Positions 62,863-64,000 of a stretch of DNA of 64,000 nt are shown in pieces (position 1 is the first letter of the stretch; each line of letters opens with the position of its first letter). A program made the position numbers and the translations under genes. A model generated the notes under the pieces. That model had not been told where the DNA came from, did no database searches, and worked only from the letters and a program-made list of their open reading frames with translations. The DNA is from Felis catus (lineage: Eukaryota): the NCBI RefSeq assembly GCF_018350175.1, contig NC_058368.1, positions 58,220,001 through 58,284,000 of the forward strand, in the 5' to 3' direction.

Positions 62863-63299
62863 ATCTTCAAGAAACATTTTCATAATTTAAATTTCTAAAC
62901 CCATCTACCTTATAAATCAGGAATCAGGTAGGAGTATAGAATAAACTCATTTTCAGACATGTTTTGGCACAATAAAATAGTTCACATAGATCCTTTTAGA
63001 GCACGCTCCTGGAAGACTTATTTCCCAAAACAGGGTTTGGGGGAGGATGTATGCTATGAATGCAGAATATACTAGATCCAGAGCATGGGACCTCCAGTAC
63101 AAGAGTCAGAAGTTAGAAATTCTCCAGATGATGGGGTGCCTGAGTGGCTCAATTGGTTAAAGGTCCAACTCTTGATTTCAGCTCAGGTCTTGATCTCACA
63201 GTTTGTGAGCTAGAGCCCCACGTCTGGTTCTGTGGTAACAGCACAGAGCCTGCTTAGGATTTTCTGTCTCCCTTTCTCTCTTTGTCCTTCCCCATTCAC

Positions 63300-63354
<55 letters not shown>

Positions 63355-63460
63355 CTCTCAAAAATAAATAAATAAACATTAAAAAAAAGAAATTCTCCAG
63401 ATGATAGGGAAGGACTGTGTCATTATGAAAGCTATATACCAAAATTAAAGAGGCCCCAAA
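62863..63460 (+). mobile_element. HAL1-like relic, 3' continuation
   Basis: agaataaactcattttcagacatg...agatccagagcatgggacctcca...aattctccagatgat resembles HAL1. Confidence 0.55.
63133..63387 (+). mobile_element. CanSINE with long (CT)n
   Basis: Perfect 18-bp TSD agaaattctccagatgat (63115-63132, 63388-63405). Confidence 0.97.
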
Positions 63461-64000
63461 TGTTGTCATCAAAATCAAAAATCAATGCATGGCTTAGATG
63501 CTGCTGCTTCTGGTTCCTCCAACAATGAGCTACACTGACTGTATTTAGGATGGAGATTTATGGCAATACAGATTTACGTGAACATTTGGAACAACAAATA
63601 AATAGTAATAAAATGTGAGCAAATTTATTTTGAAAGAATACATGCTGAACAAACAGGGGAGTTGAATAGATTAAAGTCATTATGGATACTGACAAAACAC
63701 TGAATTCATAGAAAAGATAGTGAGTATGTGTCCATTTCCCCCTAATTAAATGCTATTAAGAGAAGAGGAACTTGAACACAAATTCATGTGATCAAAATAC
63801 ATACTTCATTAAAAGAATATGTAAGTATGTTTTCTTTTATATAAATAGAATACAAAAAAATAAGAACCTAAGTCGACACCCTGAGGAGCCAATATATAAT
63901 GCACCACAATTTTCTGGGCCTTGGCCAAATAAGACCAGAACACGATATGTCTATCTTCTTATGAGCTCAATGCTTAAAGTGTGGTTTGGTGTTTTTTTTT

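Noticed and set aside
1932..63387. tRNA-like A/B boxes suggesting tRNA genes
   Set aside because: All lie in SINE heads followed by CT tracts, A tails and TSDs.
1..64000. CRISPR arrays, operons, prokaryotic defence or other novel multi-gene systems
   Set aside because: The sequence is mammalian; the repeats are dispersed SINEs and microsatellites, with no regular repeat-spacer structure and no gene-dense coding.

Overview
This window is AT-rich, essentially non-coding mammalian genomic DNA. It is almost certainly felid (cat family), judged from about 35 tRNA-derived carnivore SINEs (CanSINE/SINEC_Fc type), four of them very young and CpG-intact. It also holds two large decayed L1 blocks (about 16.4-21.6 kb minus, 57.3-62.9 kb plus), short 5'-truncated carnivore L1 tails with target-site duplications (TSDs), and HAL1-like, L2 and MIR relics. 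Further elements are an ERVL remnant with MaLR LTRs, three DNA-transposon MITEs (MER20, MER58A, Tigger2/MER8-like), many microsatellites, and a young 3'-truncated, tailless 5S rRNA retrocopy with a TSD (52937-53025). No ORF in the supplied track looks like a real protein gene. One well-formed 45-nt candidate exon (422-466, plus) suggests the window may be intronic in a large plus-strand gene that I cannot name; a few weaker exon candidates lie downstream. I found no convincing novel biological system. The items most worth checking are the candidate exons, the tailless 5S retrocopy, a cluster of four young SINEs, an old local duplication at 29.4/30.0-30.4 kb and several nested insertions. Repeat family names come from recalled consensus sequences, not from a database search.
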